Shown here: positions 25,843 to 39,075 of the stretch, one piece after another
Numbering within the stretch: position 1 is the stretch's first letter
How the letters are laid out: each line of letters opens with the position of its first letter
Origin: Octopus vulgaris
Taxonomy: Eukaryota
Length of the DNA stretch: 64,000 nucleotides
Direction: 5' to 3'
NCBI GenBank assembly: GCA_951406725.2
Contig: OX597834.1
Location: 21,576,001 to 21,640,000 of the forward strand
Notes under the pieces: model-generated
Database searches by the model: none
What the model saw: the letters and a program-made list of their open reading frames with translations, nothing else
Told to the model about the DNA's origin: nothing
Position numbers and translations under genes: made by a program

Positions 25843-25976
25843 GTGTGTACATATATGTACACGTTTTTTGTACACATCCCACCCATTCACCCACGCACCC
25901 ATATCCAACGACGCATCCCCAACTAAACCTGCACCACCCACACACATATGGAAAGTTCGATTTTGGTTTTGATTTT
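25534..25976. repeat. Long inverted repeat (~140-bp arms) around duplicated (TA)n/(TG) units
   Basis: AAAATCAAAACCAAAATCGAACTTTCCATATG... mirrored by ...CATATGGAAAGTTCGATTTTGGTTTTGATTTT. Confidence 0.9.
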
Positions 25977-26702
25977 TGCGTAACCTGTCGCCCGGCCAGT
26001 CCGCTATCATTTGTCCCCTCTGTGTTTAGCCCCTTGTGGGCAATAAAGAAAATTATTCAGGGGTCAATAAAATAGGAGCAATACTGAGATTCAAAGAAAT
26101 TGACTTCATCCCCTGAAACTGCTGGCCTGGTACCAAAATCTTAAACCGTTATTACATACAAGAGTGGTTTGTTTGTCGGTGTGTTCTACAAGATAATTCT
26201 CAAATTCAATTTGCTTGGAGCATCCGAACATCAAGCATCTACAATCCCCAAATGTGTTTGAAACAACTTTGCATATGAATAAACATAAAACTCTCTCGAC
26301 ATTAAAATATGAATTTCTCCAATTTGGTTTCAAAGCCGTTACTTAGATATTAACATATCTATTTATTAATCTTTTCATGACAGTTCTCCTTATATTAAAT
26401 TTAGCCACTTTTCCTGAAGCTTGCTAGACTTCTATGAGAAGTTTTATGGCAATCTTTTTATTTCCGAAAGTAGCGCACATAGCAAAGAACACCAATTTAT
26501 ATTACCATTTTAGTTCCAGTCTGCTGCTGCTGCCACTGCCGCTGCTGCTACTTCTACTACTACTGCTGCTTCTAATTCTGGTGTGGTGTGCATTCTATCT
26601 TATTTTTATCACCATTTAACATTCTAAGGTTTCGATGCTGTCTAAACTTTAGAGTTTTCGATAGGAAATAACCATTATCATCACCATCATTATCATCATC
26701 AT

Positions 26703-27135
26703 CCTTTTCTACTCTAGGCACAAGGCCCGAAATATTTGGGGAGGCGGGGACCAGTCAATTAGATCGACCCCAGTATGCAACTGGTACTTAATTTATCAAC
26801 TCCAAAAGGTTGAATGGCAAAGTCGATCTGGGCGACCCTGAAAGAATGAAAGGCAAAGTCGACCTGGGAATTTGAACTCAGAATGTAAAGACAGATGAAA
26901 TGCCTATTTCTTTATTACCCACAAGGGACTAAACATAGAGGGGACAAACAAGGACAGACAGAGGTATTAAGTCGATTACATTGACCCCAGTGTGTAACTG
27001 GTAATTAATTTATCGACCCCGAAAGGATGAAAGGTAAAGTCAACCTTGGCGGAATTTGAACTCACAACGTAACGGCAGACGAAATACCACTAAGCATTTC
27101 TCCCGACATGCTAACGTTTCTGCCAGCTCGCCACC
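26703..27135 (-). mobile_element. Compound/tandem SINE A copies
   Basis: Several GATGAAAGGCAAAGTCGAC-like and GAATTTGAACTCA blocks. Confidence 0.8.
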
Positions 27136-27563
27136 TTCATTATCCTCATCACCATTATTTTAATATTCACCATGTTTATCATGTTTCCGTGGGTCAGGTG
27201 GAATTTGGTGAGGCAGATTTTCTGTGGATGGAATACCTTCTTGTCACCAACTTTTGCCTGTTTCCCTATTTCCAAGCGAGCGTAATATTTCCCCCTTGGC
27301 CAGACATGTTTTTGATATTCCAATGTTCATGGAATATTGGAACCAATTTTTTTTTATTTGTGTAACAGTGACACTCATTTGCCACTACCATGTTATGTGA
27401 AGACAAGGAGTTACAAACACACACATGTATATACATACATACATACATACATATGTACGTACATACGTACGTATGTACGTACGTACATACATACATACAT
27501 ATAAAAATACCCTGTTATTGATGTTGAAATTCCAATGAAGGAGCCTTGAATCTAGGAAATAAA

Positions 27564-27930
27564 TCTTTATATATATAAACTGCAAAATGTCTGCATGCGT
27601 GTCCTTTATACAAATCCACAATTTTTCAGTTAGAGAGAGGGCTCACACTTTCTATGGTCATTCAAAACCATCCAAGGGTAGTCGTGCACATCTTTACATT
27701 TCCCCAGTCACCCCGCAAAGCTATTAAAAAATCAATAGAAGTGACTTTTTTGTGAATTTTCTATCCAAAACCCAACCACAATGCCCAAAACGTGATACAC
27801 CAATTGAATGCCAGCTAGCTGTATGTGATTGGTCGGAGATTTGGACAGTACTCGTGTGTATGTGCGCACGCACGCAGCTGTATATACATGCACTAGCATA
27901 TGACCCGGCGTTGCCGGGTCATAGTGCTAG
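27564..27930 (+). mobile_element. Non-autonomous Helitron (367 bp)
   Basis: 5' TC then TTTATATATATAAA; 3' hairpin GACCCGGC-GTT-GCCGGGTC then ATAGTG-CTAG; inserted between A and T with no TSD. Confidence 0.8.
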
Positions 27931-28849
27931 TCTTGAAATAAAACTGAACAATGATATACATACATATATACATACATACATATGTACGTATGTACATACA
28001 TACATACATACATACATATGCATGTATTTATATAAATATGTATATACACGATAGGATTTTTTCAGTTTCCATCAATGAAATCCACTCACAAGCATTGGGG
28101 AGAGGGGCTATAATAGAAGAAATTTTCCCAGAGTGCCATGCTGTGACTTTGCCTTTCATCCTTTCAAGATTTATAAAACAAGTACCAGTTGGATACTAGG
28201 CGGGGTCAATGCAATTGACTAACCTCCTCCCTCAAAAATGTCAAGCCTTGTGCCGATAGCAGAAAGAATTATCATTTTCCTTATCTCTCCTTTGTGAGTT
28301 CAAACAAAGGATAAGTAACCCCTGTTAGCATGGTCAGGGTTTGTTTTAACAAATTTGGATATTTGCATAAACAAGCTCATTTAAAGATTGTGGTTTTCTG
28401 TTTCCAGTGACCTTCAGAACCGAAAACGTGTGAATAAAAATAAAATTCTCACAGAACTCATTTTTATTATTCAGCGCCATTTGACCCTTTTCATGATCTC
28501 ATTTCAAACGAAACACACTGTTTCTGTGTTTCAATTAATTTCGGAACAAGCCAAGATTACTGAGGAGTGTTTAGTAAAAATAATTAATTTTTCCATAATT
28601 AAGAAATAAAAAATTGATATTTGGAACATAAATTAAACAAAATAGTTTTTTTTTTCAAAAATTAAAATTGAATGTTGAAATTTAGATATCACAGTATTAT
28701 AATTGATTTTACCTCTCATGTACTTCGGGTTGATTGAATAAAGTACCAGCAAAGTACCAGGGTGAACATAATTGATTTTTCTTGCCCCACCAAAAATTTA
28801 GGGTCCTAGGGATCAACTTTGCCTTTCATCCCTTTATTTTCTTTCTTTT

Positions 28850-29290
28850 CCTTGTTTAAGTCATTGGACTGCGGCCATACTGGAGCACTGCTTTGAAGAA
28901 ACTTTAGCTGAATGAATCAACCCCTGTACTAATTTTTTACTTTTTAAGCCTGATATTTATTCTATCAATCTTTTTGCTGAACCGTTAAGTTATAGGTACA
29001 TAAACACACCAAGTAGTAGTGGGGAACAAACACTGACACAGAGATACACACACACACACAATCAAAAACATATATTTATATATCAGGTGGTGCTCCAGCA
29101 TGGTCACAGTCAAATGACTGAGACAAGAGTAAAAGAATATGTCTGGCTTCTTTCAATTTCCGTCTACCAAATCCACTCACAAGGCTTTGGTCAGCCTAAG
29201 GCTGTAGTAGAAGACACTTGCCCAAGGTGCCATGCAGTGGGACTGAACCTAGAACCATGTGGTTGGTAAGCGAGCTCCTTCTCACACAGC
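28850..29290 (-). mobile_element. SINE B copy with an inserted inverted 3' fragment
   Basis: Minus-strand family B motifs interrupted by + strand GGTGGTGCTCCAGCATGGTCACAGTC at about 29086-29135. Confidence 0.75.
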
Positions 29291-30541
29291 AATACCTCAA
29301 TAAAATAAAGTACCAGATGAGTACTTTATGTTCTGAGTTCAAATTCCGCTGAGGTCGACTTTGCCTTTCATCCTTTCAGGAACGATAAATTAAGTACCAG
29401 TGAAACATTGGGGTCGTTGTAATTGGTTAATCCCCTCCCTGCCACAAAAATTTCAGGCCTTGTGCCTTTAGTAGAAGGGATTATTATTATTATTTACTAA
29501 TTCTCTCTCCCCGTCCTTCTGCTCTTCCACCGGTTTCGACTTTGCCGCCATTTCAGCTGTCTTTTCATTCATCTTCTTGAATTTCTTCTAAGTTCTCTAA
29601 TTCCGCATCTATTTCCTAATTTGGAACTCATTTGCAAGTCTTGTAAACATCTTGTCAAAATTCTACCCGGGTCGTTCGCTGCCATCAACATCACAAGCAC
29701 CCCCACCACCACCGCCGCCACCGTTGCCACTACCGCCATCATAACTATCGCTACCCTAACCTCCACCACCACTAACACCAATCAACGCAACCTACACCAC
29801 CAGGACCTCATCACCAAGCAAACATCAATCCTCCTCCTCCTCCTCTTTCTTCCCCCTCCCCCTTCTCATTATACTTTGTGTCAAACACAGTCACTCTGTA
29901 GTTGTTGTTGTTGTTGTTGTTGTTGTCATCATCGTTGAATCTTCTTTCTCATTAGCGCTGTTGTTGTTTTGGTTGTACTGGTGACTATCTTTTTCTTTTG
30001 TTTTTTTTTCTTGCTTTTTTTGTTGTTGCTGTTGTTGTCGTTATTGTAGTTCTTAACATTGTTGCCATCATTTGCAATGGCAGCAGTGTATTCCTTGCTG
30101 CTGCTGTAGTAGTAGTAGTAGTAGTCCTTGTTTTGTGTTGTTGGTTTTATTATTAGAACCATGTCACTCTTGTTGTTGTGAGATTCTTGTTTCTGTTCTT
30201 GTTGTTATGCACATTTACTGCTGATGTTCTTCTTGTTGTTGTATTGCAGCGTTGTTGTTGCAGTTGGTGTTGTTGTCATCGGTGTTATTAGATTCTTGTT
30301 ACAGTTAAATAATAATAATAATGAAATTATTGTATACAGTGCTCAGGTGCACCACAACTTTTGTTGTTATGCTCATGTTGATGTTGTTATTAGATTTTTG
30401 TTACTATCTTCATCATGTTGTTGTTGTGGTTATTTCGATTGCTGTCACTGTTCTTGTTGTTATTGCCTTTGTTGTTATGCTAGAGTTTTATTCATGCTCT
30501 CATTGTTGTTGTCAACATTATTATTAAATTTACAAAAAAAA

Positions 30542-31395
30542 AGGGACAAGCTAGCAAAATCATTACCATACTGGGCAAAATGCTTAGTGGCATTTCGTTT
30601 GTCTTCATGTTCTGAGTTCAAATTCCACCAAGGTCGACTTGGTCTTTCATCCTTTCAGGGTCAATAAATTAAGTACCAGTGGAACACTGGGGGCTATGTA
30701 ATCGACTGGCTCCCTCCCCCAAATTTCAGGCCTTGTGCCTATAGTAGAAAGAATTATTATTAAGGCAGAAAGCTGCTAGAACCATTAATATGTTGGATGA
30801 AATGCTTAGCGGTATTTCGCACATCGTTACATTCTGAGTTCAATTTCTGCTGAGGTTGACTTTGCCATTCATCCTTTCAGGCTTGATAAAATAAGTACCA
30901 GTTGAATACTGGGGCCAAAGTAATTGTCACATCCTCTTCCTTTAAATTCCAGGCCTTGAGCCAAAAGTAGAAAGGATTACTATTATAATTATTATTATTG
31001 AGTGAGAGAGCAGTGCATGCCTGCAAAGTGAAACTGGGGTAAAATATACGAAGCCCAGTATACCCATCATGACTACCCGTCTGATAAGGGTACACCAGGC
31101 ACATGCATCACAACCATATGTACGCGACATTGGTGATCTCATATCAAGATAAGCAGCACATGACCTTGCAAGTGGGGCCCAGTTAAAATTTTCTTCTGGT
31201 CGAGTTACCCATTCTGCTCAAAAGGTCCCTGAATAAGGGTTGTTTAAGGATGTTGAAAGAACCACCCATGTTTCCAGAGGTGAATTGTTCAAACCCTAAA
31301 GAATCCCTCTCAACACATGGCTATGATGCACCCCCACTACTTCTGCTCGTGATCAGAGATGCACATTTCTTCAGCCACTAAGGGACATGCTCAAC

Positions 31396-31446
<51 letters not shown>

Positions 31447-31675
31447 CATTATTATTATTAAAGCAGCGAGCTGCCAGAACCATTAACATGCTGGATGAAA
31501 TGCTTGGAGGTATTTTGCCCATCTTCATGTTCTGAGTTCAAATTCTGAAGAGGTCGACTTTGCCTTTCATCCTTTCAGGGTTGATAAAATGAGTACCAGT
31601 TATGCACTGGGGTCAATGTAATCAACTAGTCCCCTCCTCTAAATTCCAGGCCTTGTGCCTAAAGTAGAAAGGATC
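30542..31675 (+). mobile_element. Head-to-tail SINE A array (3 copies)
   Basis: Copies at about 30542-30752, 30762-30976 and 31460-31675, linked by (ATT)n. Confidence 0.85.
31000..31396 (-). mobile_element. Retroelement 3' region inserted in (TAA)n
   Basis: Flanked by (TTA)n; its end is homologous to 39195-39272 (+) TACTGGGCTTC..ACCCCAGT..CACTTTG..CTCTCACTCA. Confidence 0.6.
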
Positions 31676-32727
31676 ATTAGTATTGCTGTTGTTGTTGTTG
31701 TTGTCACACTCATTGCTCTTATTGTTATGTTGAGTTTTGTTGTTGTTGTTATTTTTTCCTGTTCATCATATTGTTGCTGTTAATGTTGTTACTGTCTTGT
31801 GCCTTGTTGTTTCTGTATTTCAAAAGGGGGTGGTTAGGTCTCCAGCTCCTACCCCTACTCGACCTCATTTCTTCTGAACCCTACCTGCCCACTCTTATTC
31901 CTAAATTACTTGCTATTCTACTTTCTTTTTCCTTTTCTTTTTTTTTCTTCTTACCCTTATTTCATTTACATTTTTCTCTATCTTCCTCTCTGTCTTCATT
32001 CTTCTTCCTCTTCTTAACCCCCACCCTCTCTTCTCTTTCCTTTCTCTTTTTGTCAATCATTCCTTCATATTTCTCACACCCCCACACACACCCACACTGT
32101 TGCTACCCCACACATCCTACCCTTAACTCTCATATACCCCTGTCCTCTGCCCCTACACTCATGCAGACCCCTATCCTCCACCTACCCCACACACCCATCC
32201 TAACCTCCAATCCCCCCTACCACACACCCCATGTTCACTACCCCATACACCCCTCTCGACCCAACACACCCTACCTTCCATTCCACACTCCCATCCTACA
32301 CCTCAACACCCCACGACCCTCTAACCCACCACCACCACCAGCCACCCACAGTCCTATCCTCTACCTCACACTCCCTGGGCTGCCTCTGCACACTTTTATC
32401 CACCCCCAACACCACGCCCTACACTATTTACAGAACTGCACCTCTCTCCCTGTCTCCATACAACTTTCACCCTGTCTGTTTCCATTTCTTTTAGTTTCTA
32501 TCATCCATCTCCTCCACCCCCTTCCTCTTCATCCTCTGCTCTTACCTCATCTTACTTCACTCTCAGTTTGGTCAGCTTTTACAGAGATGGGTGGTGAGGC
32601 AGCTTCAACAGTTTCTTGTGTTAAATTGGATTCGATACCCCAAATAACACCCTTCTCTTCTCCCAGCCTTAAAAAAGAAGAAAATTACAATTTATACACA
32701 CACATAAACGCATACATATATATATAT

Positions 32728-32769
<42 letters not shown>

Positions 32770-33649
32770 ACAGCAACTATAGGAAACTTTATTGAGAAAA
32801 ATGCATGATACCTTTGCACCAAGAATGGAAAATGATGTGAATGTACTTGAAATACAAAACAGTTGTTTGTTTACTGAAAAAAACTTGTTTAAGGAATTGA
32901 TCATCGTAGCAGATGTTGATGCAGCATTTAAGAGCTGAGACAAAACAAATCCAGCAAAACATGCAATTTCTTCCACTATCAATAGAGAAATTTGAAGATT
33001 TTTAAATCCCATATTGGCTAATCAGATGTGAGAAATGTGATGCATCAATATTGTGCTGACTTCAAAGGATTTTCATAGAATTTTATGGTGTTTCTGCACA
33101 TGTCATTGAAATGATAAAAATAAAGGTCAACATGACCTACAACTATATTCATGGGAGTAAGGATGAAGGGAAGATTAATGCATCCAAGATATGTCAAAAT
33201 ATGGACAATAAGATTCTGTTTAGAAAATATGGAGAAAAGTCAGTATTGATGCTAAACAAATGGCATTAAAACACAGCATTGTAATGATTTGCCATGAAAC
33301 ATTTGAACTTTAAGTAGAAAAGCTACAAACAGTAACATGCAAATATTGAGTTAAAATCTCTTTGAATAGAGAAAATTGAGTAGCCTTTTCTGCTTTTAGT
33401 TCAGCCTTAGGGGGCGAATTACTTCATGTATAGGTCTATGTATTTAGGACTTGAATTAGAACTAAACAAAAATAAAGGATGCCTTATGTTTTGGGGCTTT
33501 TTATGTTGTTTCAGTCAGGAGTTAAAAGGGGTTAGAAAGACAATGGTTTCAGATGCTCACAGGCCTCTCCTGCTTCTCATAAGACATTGGTGTGGTTTAT
33601 ATCAGACTAGAATATCTGCAAGTCAACTTCTGCTTGAAATATGTTAATG

Positions 33650-34305
33650 CCAAAGGATTGATCTTCCAGGAGGAAAATATTTGGGAATTCCATAAGTCTG
33701 ACTTTCTGGGAGGAATATATTTTGGAATTCCAAAGTGTTAGTCTTCTGAGAGGAAAACGTTCTGGAATTTCAGAGGGTTGGTCTTCCAGGAGGAAAAGAT
33801 TCTGGAATTTCATGCAGAACTTTTGGGAGGAATATATTTTGGAATTCCAAAGTGTTAGTCTTCCGAGATGAAAACATTCTGGAATTTCAGAGGGTTGGTC
33901 TTCCAGGAGGAAAAGATTCTGGAATTTCATGCAGAACTTTTGCGGGGAATATATTTTGGAATTCCAAAGTGTTGATCTTCTGAGAGGAAAACGTTCTGGA
34001 GTTTCAGAGGGTTGGTCTTCCAGGAGGAAAAGATTCTGGAATTTCATGCAGAACTTTTGGGAGGAATATATTTTGGAATTCCAAAGTGTTGGTCTTCTAA
34101 TGAAAAAATATTCAGGTATTTCAGAGTGTTCCTCTTCCAAGAGGAAAAAATTTGGGTATTTCAGGCTGACCTTGTCACAAGAAAAGATTTGGGAATTCCA
34201 ATGTGTTGATTTTTCTGAAAGGAAAATATTTTGGAATTCCAAAGGGTTAATCTTTTGAAAAGATAAGATTCAGGAACTTCAGAAGGTTGATCTTCCAGGA
34301 GAAAA
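33650..34305. repeat. Higher-order minisatellite: 117-bp unit of three ~39-bp subunits
   Basis: GTCTTCCAGG recurs at 33781, 33898 and 34015; subunit TCTTC.AG.AGGAAAA.ATT.TGGAATT.CA. Confidence 0.9.
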
Positions 34306-34759
34306 ATGTTTTGATAGACCCAATACTTACCTGATACCTGATACTTTATTTTCCCAATCCCTTAGAAGCAGAAAGAACCAAGTCAACATGACATTATATC
34401 CTGTTCCATTTGTTTAACAGCAATCCTTTTTCTTCCTTATTCTCTCAAGAGAATCTTATTGTCCCTACTCTGATATATCTTGAGCACATTAACCTTTCCT
34501 TGAGCCTTGTTTCTATGAACATGATGGGGTCAAGGTGACCTCTATTTGGTCGTTTCAATGACATGTGCAGGAACATCAATAAATGCTATGAAATGCTTTG
34601 AAGTTATTACACAGTATTGGTGCACATCTCTTACACCTGATTAGGGAAGGACACAGGTGAGCTGGATGAAGGTGGAGGTGGTATACAACTGGTTAGCTGG
34701 AGAAGAGGGCAGGGTTCGTCTTATTTGTTCTTTTATCCCCCACCCCACACACACCCTTT

Positions 34760-35135
34760 TTTTACTTGTTTCAGTTATTGGACTGTGGCCATGTTGGAGC
34801 ATACCTTGAAGGGTTTAGTGGAACGAATTGACTCCACAATATATTTTCATGCCTGGTATTTATATCAATCCCTTTTGCCAAATTGCTAAGTTGCAAGGAT
34901 ATGAACAAACCAACACTGGTTGTCAAGTGGCGGGGAGAGACAAAGCACACAATACATACACACACACACACTACATAGACACACTCATATAACAGGTTTC
35001 CATCTACCAAATTCATTCACAAGGGATTTGTCAGTCCAAGGCTATAGTAAAAGATCCTTGCCCAGGGTGCACTGCAGTGGGACTGAACCTAAAACCACAA
35101 GGTTGCAAAGTGAACTCCTTAACCACACAGCCACG
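34760..35135 (-). mobile_element. SINE B copy (diverged)
   Basis: TTACTTGTTTCAG...GCAGTGGGACTGAACC...ACCACACAGCCAC. Confidence 0.8.
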
Positions 35136-35656
35136 CTCTGATTACATCATCATTGTCATCATTATCATCATCACCATTTAACTGCTGTTTTCCATGTTGA
35201 CACAAGTTGGACAGTGTGAACGGTTCTGAAGGGCCCAAGGACAGCACCATGCTCAAATGTCTGCCCCAGTACAGTTTCTAGTCAGATGTCCTCTCCTAAT
35301 TCCAAATTTTTTTTTACAAAATGTTACTGAATGCATCTTTCATGACACCAGCACCAATGAGGTTGCCAATGCATCTTGAAAAACTAAGGCCCCCTTCAAA
35401 TGCGTGGGACTACATTATGGAAAGAGAAAGAGAGAGAAAGAGAGAATCAGTTTTATGCTGGGAGATGAAAGGTTAAAGAATGAAAGAAAGGGCCAGGATA
35501 GGGTTCTTGCTGTGGGAGAAGTTACAAGGCTACTTCACATGAAACAGGAGTGAAGACAAATAAAAGCGGAAAAGACAAATAAAAAGGTTTTCAGGGTGAG
35601 TCCTCAAAGTACAAGATGTGATAAACAGTCAGGGGTGAGATATGTTTAGTTTAGAG

Positions 35657-35907
35657 CATTAGTTCTCAATGGGGGTTCGTATGACCCTTGGAGGTCCTCA
35701 TAAGATTTTGCTCTTAAACTTTATCTGCAATAAATTGCTTATACTTCTCCAATCCACAGAATATTTGAACAATTCTTTGATATAATTCTTAATAATATTC
35801 AATTCCAAAAATATAACAGGATTTTTAAAACATTGAAGGGCACTGAGGGTCCATCCAAGTAAAACAGGAATAAAAGGTCTTCATAGGAAAAACCTGGTTG
35901 AGAACCT
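35657..35907. mobile_element. hAT-like MITE remnant
   Basis: Ends resemble CAGTGGTTCTCAA and TTGAGAACC; related fragments at about 13220-13340 and 35910-36000. Confidence 0.45.
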
Positions 35908-36297
35908 TCAGGGTCCGTATCAGATTTGTGAGGGTCCTTGCAAGCAAAATAGTAAAATGGGGATCCACAGTTGTACGTATTTTAAGGGTCTGTAAAAAAA
36001 AAAAAACTTTGGTTTAGGTATGTTTATTGCCAGAAATAGCAAGGTTTCTTTCTCTCACACCTAACATTTTTCAACACATTTCTGGCCAGGAAACATGTTC
36101 TCTTGCAGTGAGCACTCTTGTAAACCCATACAAGTGAATGAATGAAAAGCAAAACAGGAATTTTGCAAGAAGGATCTATAGAACAAATTTTTTATCGTTT
36201 ATTCTGTCAAATGTAATTCTAATCTATTCATACCATTTTGAATTAATTATGCATTATCTCTTATCTTCAAGATTTTCAATGATGTTATTATCATGTT

Positions 36298-36530
36298 CAT
36301 CATCATCATCATCGTTTAACATACACTTTCCATGATGGCATGGGTCGGACGGTTTGACTAAGGACTGGCAAGCCAGGAGGCTGCACCAGGCTCCAATCTG
36401 ATCTGGCAAGGTTTCTACAGCTGGATGCTCTTCCTAACACCAATCACTCCAAGAGTGTAGTGGGTGCTTTTTATGTGCCACCACCACAGGAACCAATCAG
36501 ACAGTACTGGCATCGACCACACTCAGACAT
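36298..36530 (-). mobile_element. Family C retroposon
   Basis: (CAT)n CGTTTAAC...CTACAGCTGGATGC...CCTAAC. Confidence 0.85.
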
Positions 36531-37211
36531 TTATTTTTAGAATGTCATATGTAGGGTGGGTATGAAAGGCTGGATTTCGCCATGTTTAACATAAAACAGG
36601 TAGAATATTACGGAGATGTACTTGCATAGCAAGTGATTTGATCTGAGATCGTGTGCTGAAACGAAAACAATTGCAGCGTGGAAGGTGTTTGTAAGCCATT
36701 TAAGAAACACACAAAAGCCGTTCGATTCACTTCAACATTTAAGTTTACTTTATCAAAATATTTTCGGCGCTTTAAGACCGCAACCTGTTCACCTGATATA
36801 GAAATTCTGGAAGGTTAAACATCAATTAACATGATGGGGATGGGTGGGTGGGTCACCGGAATATAATAGTAATCTGAAGGGTCCATAGAAGGTTAGGTAC
36901 CACAGATTTAGAGGATCTCCTGTATGAAGGGAAAAAACAACAACAACACCAAAAAAGAAAACTGGCTTGGTGACCCCTGAGGCCGGTTTGGAAAGAAATC
37001 AATTAAAATTCATTTCTTTTCTTCCTCTTCGTTGTTTAGTCTTTCTTACTATTATTATTCACCAAATCAATCTCCCGGATTACCACCATTTTATCTCTCC
37101 CTCACCCCCCCCTCTCTCTCCCTCTCTATTTCTTTCTCTCTTGATTTTTTTCTATCTGGCACTATTGTATCTTTCCCTCTGCTGCTGCTACTATTGCTCC
37201 TGCTGCTGCTT

Positions 37212-37250
<39 letters not shown>

Positions 37251-37515
37251 ATGATAATAATAATAATAATACTGCTACTGCTGCTACTACTACTACTTAT
37301 AATAATAATGATGATAATGGTTTCTTTTATTTGACAGCAGGGCAAAGGATGGTGGAAACAATACAAAGACAGGCATAATAATGATAATCATCATCATCAT
37401 CATCATCATCGTTGTTTAGCGTCCGCTTTCCATGCTAGCATGGGTTGGACGGTTCAACTGGGGTCTGGGTAGCCAGAAGGCTGCACCAGGCCCAGTCTGA
37501 TCTGGCAGTGTTTCT

Positions 37516-37546
<31 letters not shown>

Positions 37547-37925
37547 TGATGATGATATTAATAATCGTTTCTAATTTTAGCACGAAGCCAGCATTTTGAA
37601 GGCAGGGGCAAGTCAATTATACCCCACTCCCACCCTCCAGTACTTAACTGGTATTTTATTTTGTCAGGAGCAAAAGCAAAGTCAATCTTTCTCTTTCTCT
37701 CCTTCTCTGTCTCTTTCATACTCTCCCTCTCTCATACACACACATTCTCTCTCATACACTCTCTCTCTCTCTCTCTGTTATCTCCATCTCTTCCTCTCTA
37801 TTCTCTGTTTGGCAACTTTTATTTCTTATCCACAACTGTGCCTCTCGTCCTCCTTCTCCTCCTCCTCCTCCTCCTACTACTACTACTATTATTACTAATA
37901 ATAATGATGATGATGATAGCGGCGC

Positions 37926-37962
<37 letters not shown>

Positions 37963-38689
37963 TGGGCTGCTCTCTCACTCAGTTATAATAATAATAATAA
38001 TAATAATGGTAATAATAGTAATAATAACAATAACTCTTAATTATATTTTGTCTGACTTTGCTTCCAAATCATGAAACTAGCAAACATTGAGTGTTTGCAT
38101 TTTGTTTTTGTTTTTGTTTTAGTGCTTTGGGTTTTCTCCTCCCCCTCCTCCTTCTCCTCTTCCTTTTACTACTACTACTACTCCTGCTACTACTACTATG
38201 TCTAAACAGACATCTTTCCTTTGTTGGGGTTTTTTTTTTTTCTCCTTTACCTCATTCTGCTCCCATTGCCTCCCCACCACCACCAACATTACTACTACTA
38301 CTACTACCACTACTATCATAACTACTACTACTATTACTACTACTACTACTACCACTACTATCACAACTACTACAACAATTACTATTACTATTACTACTAC
38401 TAGTCTACTTAGTGGTGAATATATATGTCTGTGTCGACCAATTATGTGTGTGTGTGTGTTTGTATCTGTGTCGACCAGCTTTGTGTGTGTGTGTGTGTGC
38501 GTGTGTGTGTGTGTGTGTGTGTTACAGTGTTGTTGTATACGCAACACCTTCCAATGTGTTCCAAAGTTCTCGTGCACTTGGCACCCGACCAGTTTCACAA
38601 GAGACGGTGCGGTGGTAGGGATGGGTAGGGAGGGCTGCTAACCAGACTCAACCGATTCAACTCTAGTGTATATATTAGTGTGTGTGTGT

Positions 38690-39075
38690 GTGAGCGTGTG
38701 TGTATATATGTATGTCAGAGTGTGTGTGCATGCATGTGTATATATGTGTGTATGTGTGTGCATCTGTGTATATGTGTATGTGAAAATATGTGTATTTGTA
38801 TGTGTGCATGTATATATATATGTGTATGTGCATATGCGTATGTGTGTGTGTGCAAATGTGTGTATATGTGTATGTGCATATGTTTATGCTTGCATGTACA
38901 TCATGTGTGTGTGTGTATATGTGTGTGTTAGCGTGTGTGTATATATGTATATCAGAGTGTGTGCATGCAAGTGTATATATGTGTGTATGTGTGTGCATCT
39001 GTGTATATGTGTATGTGAAAATATGTGTATTTGTATGTGTGCATGTATATGTGTATGTGCATATGCGTATATGTG
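38690..39075. repeat. ~237-bp tandem duplication of TG-rich sequence
   Basis: AGCGTGTGTGTATATATGTAT.TCAGAGTG at about 38693 and 38930. Confidence 0.8.

Noticed and set aside
31771-32808. 345-aa ORF, the longest in the window
   Set aside because: It spans low-complexity pyrimidine-, C/A- and TA-rich tracts that lack stops; non-ATG start and no domain.
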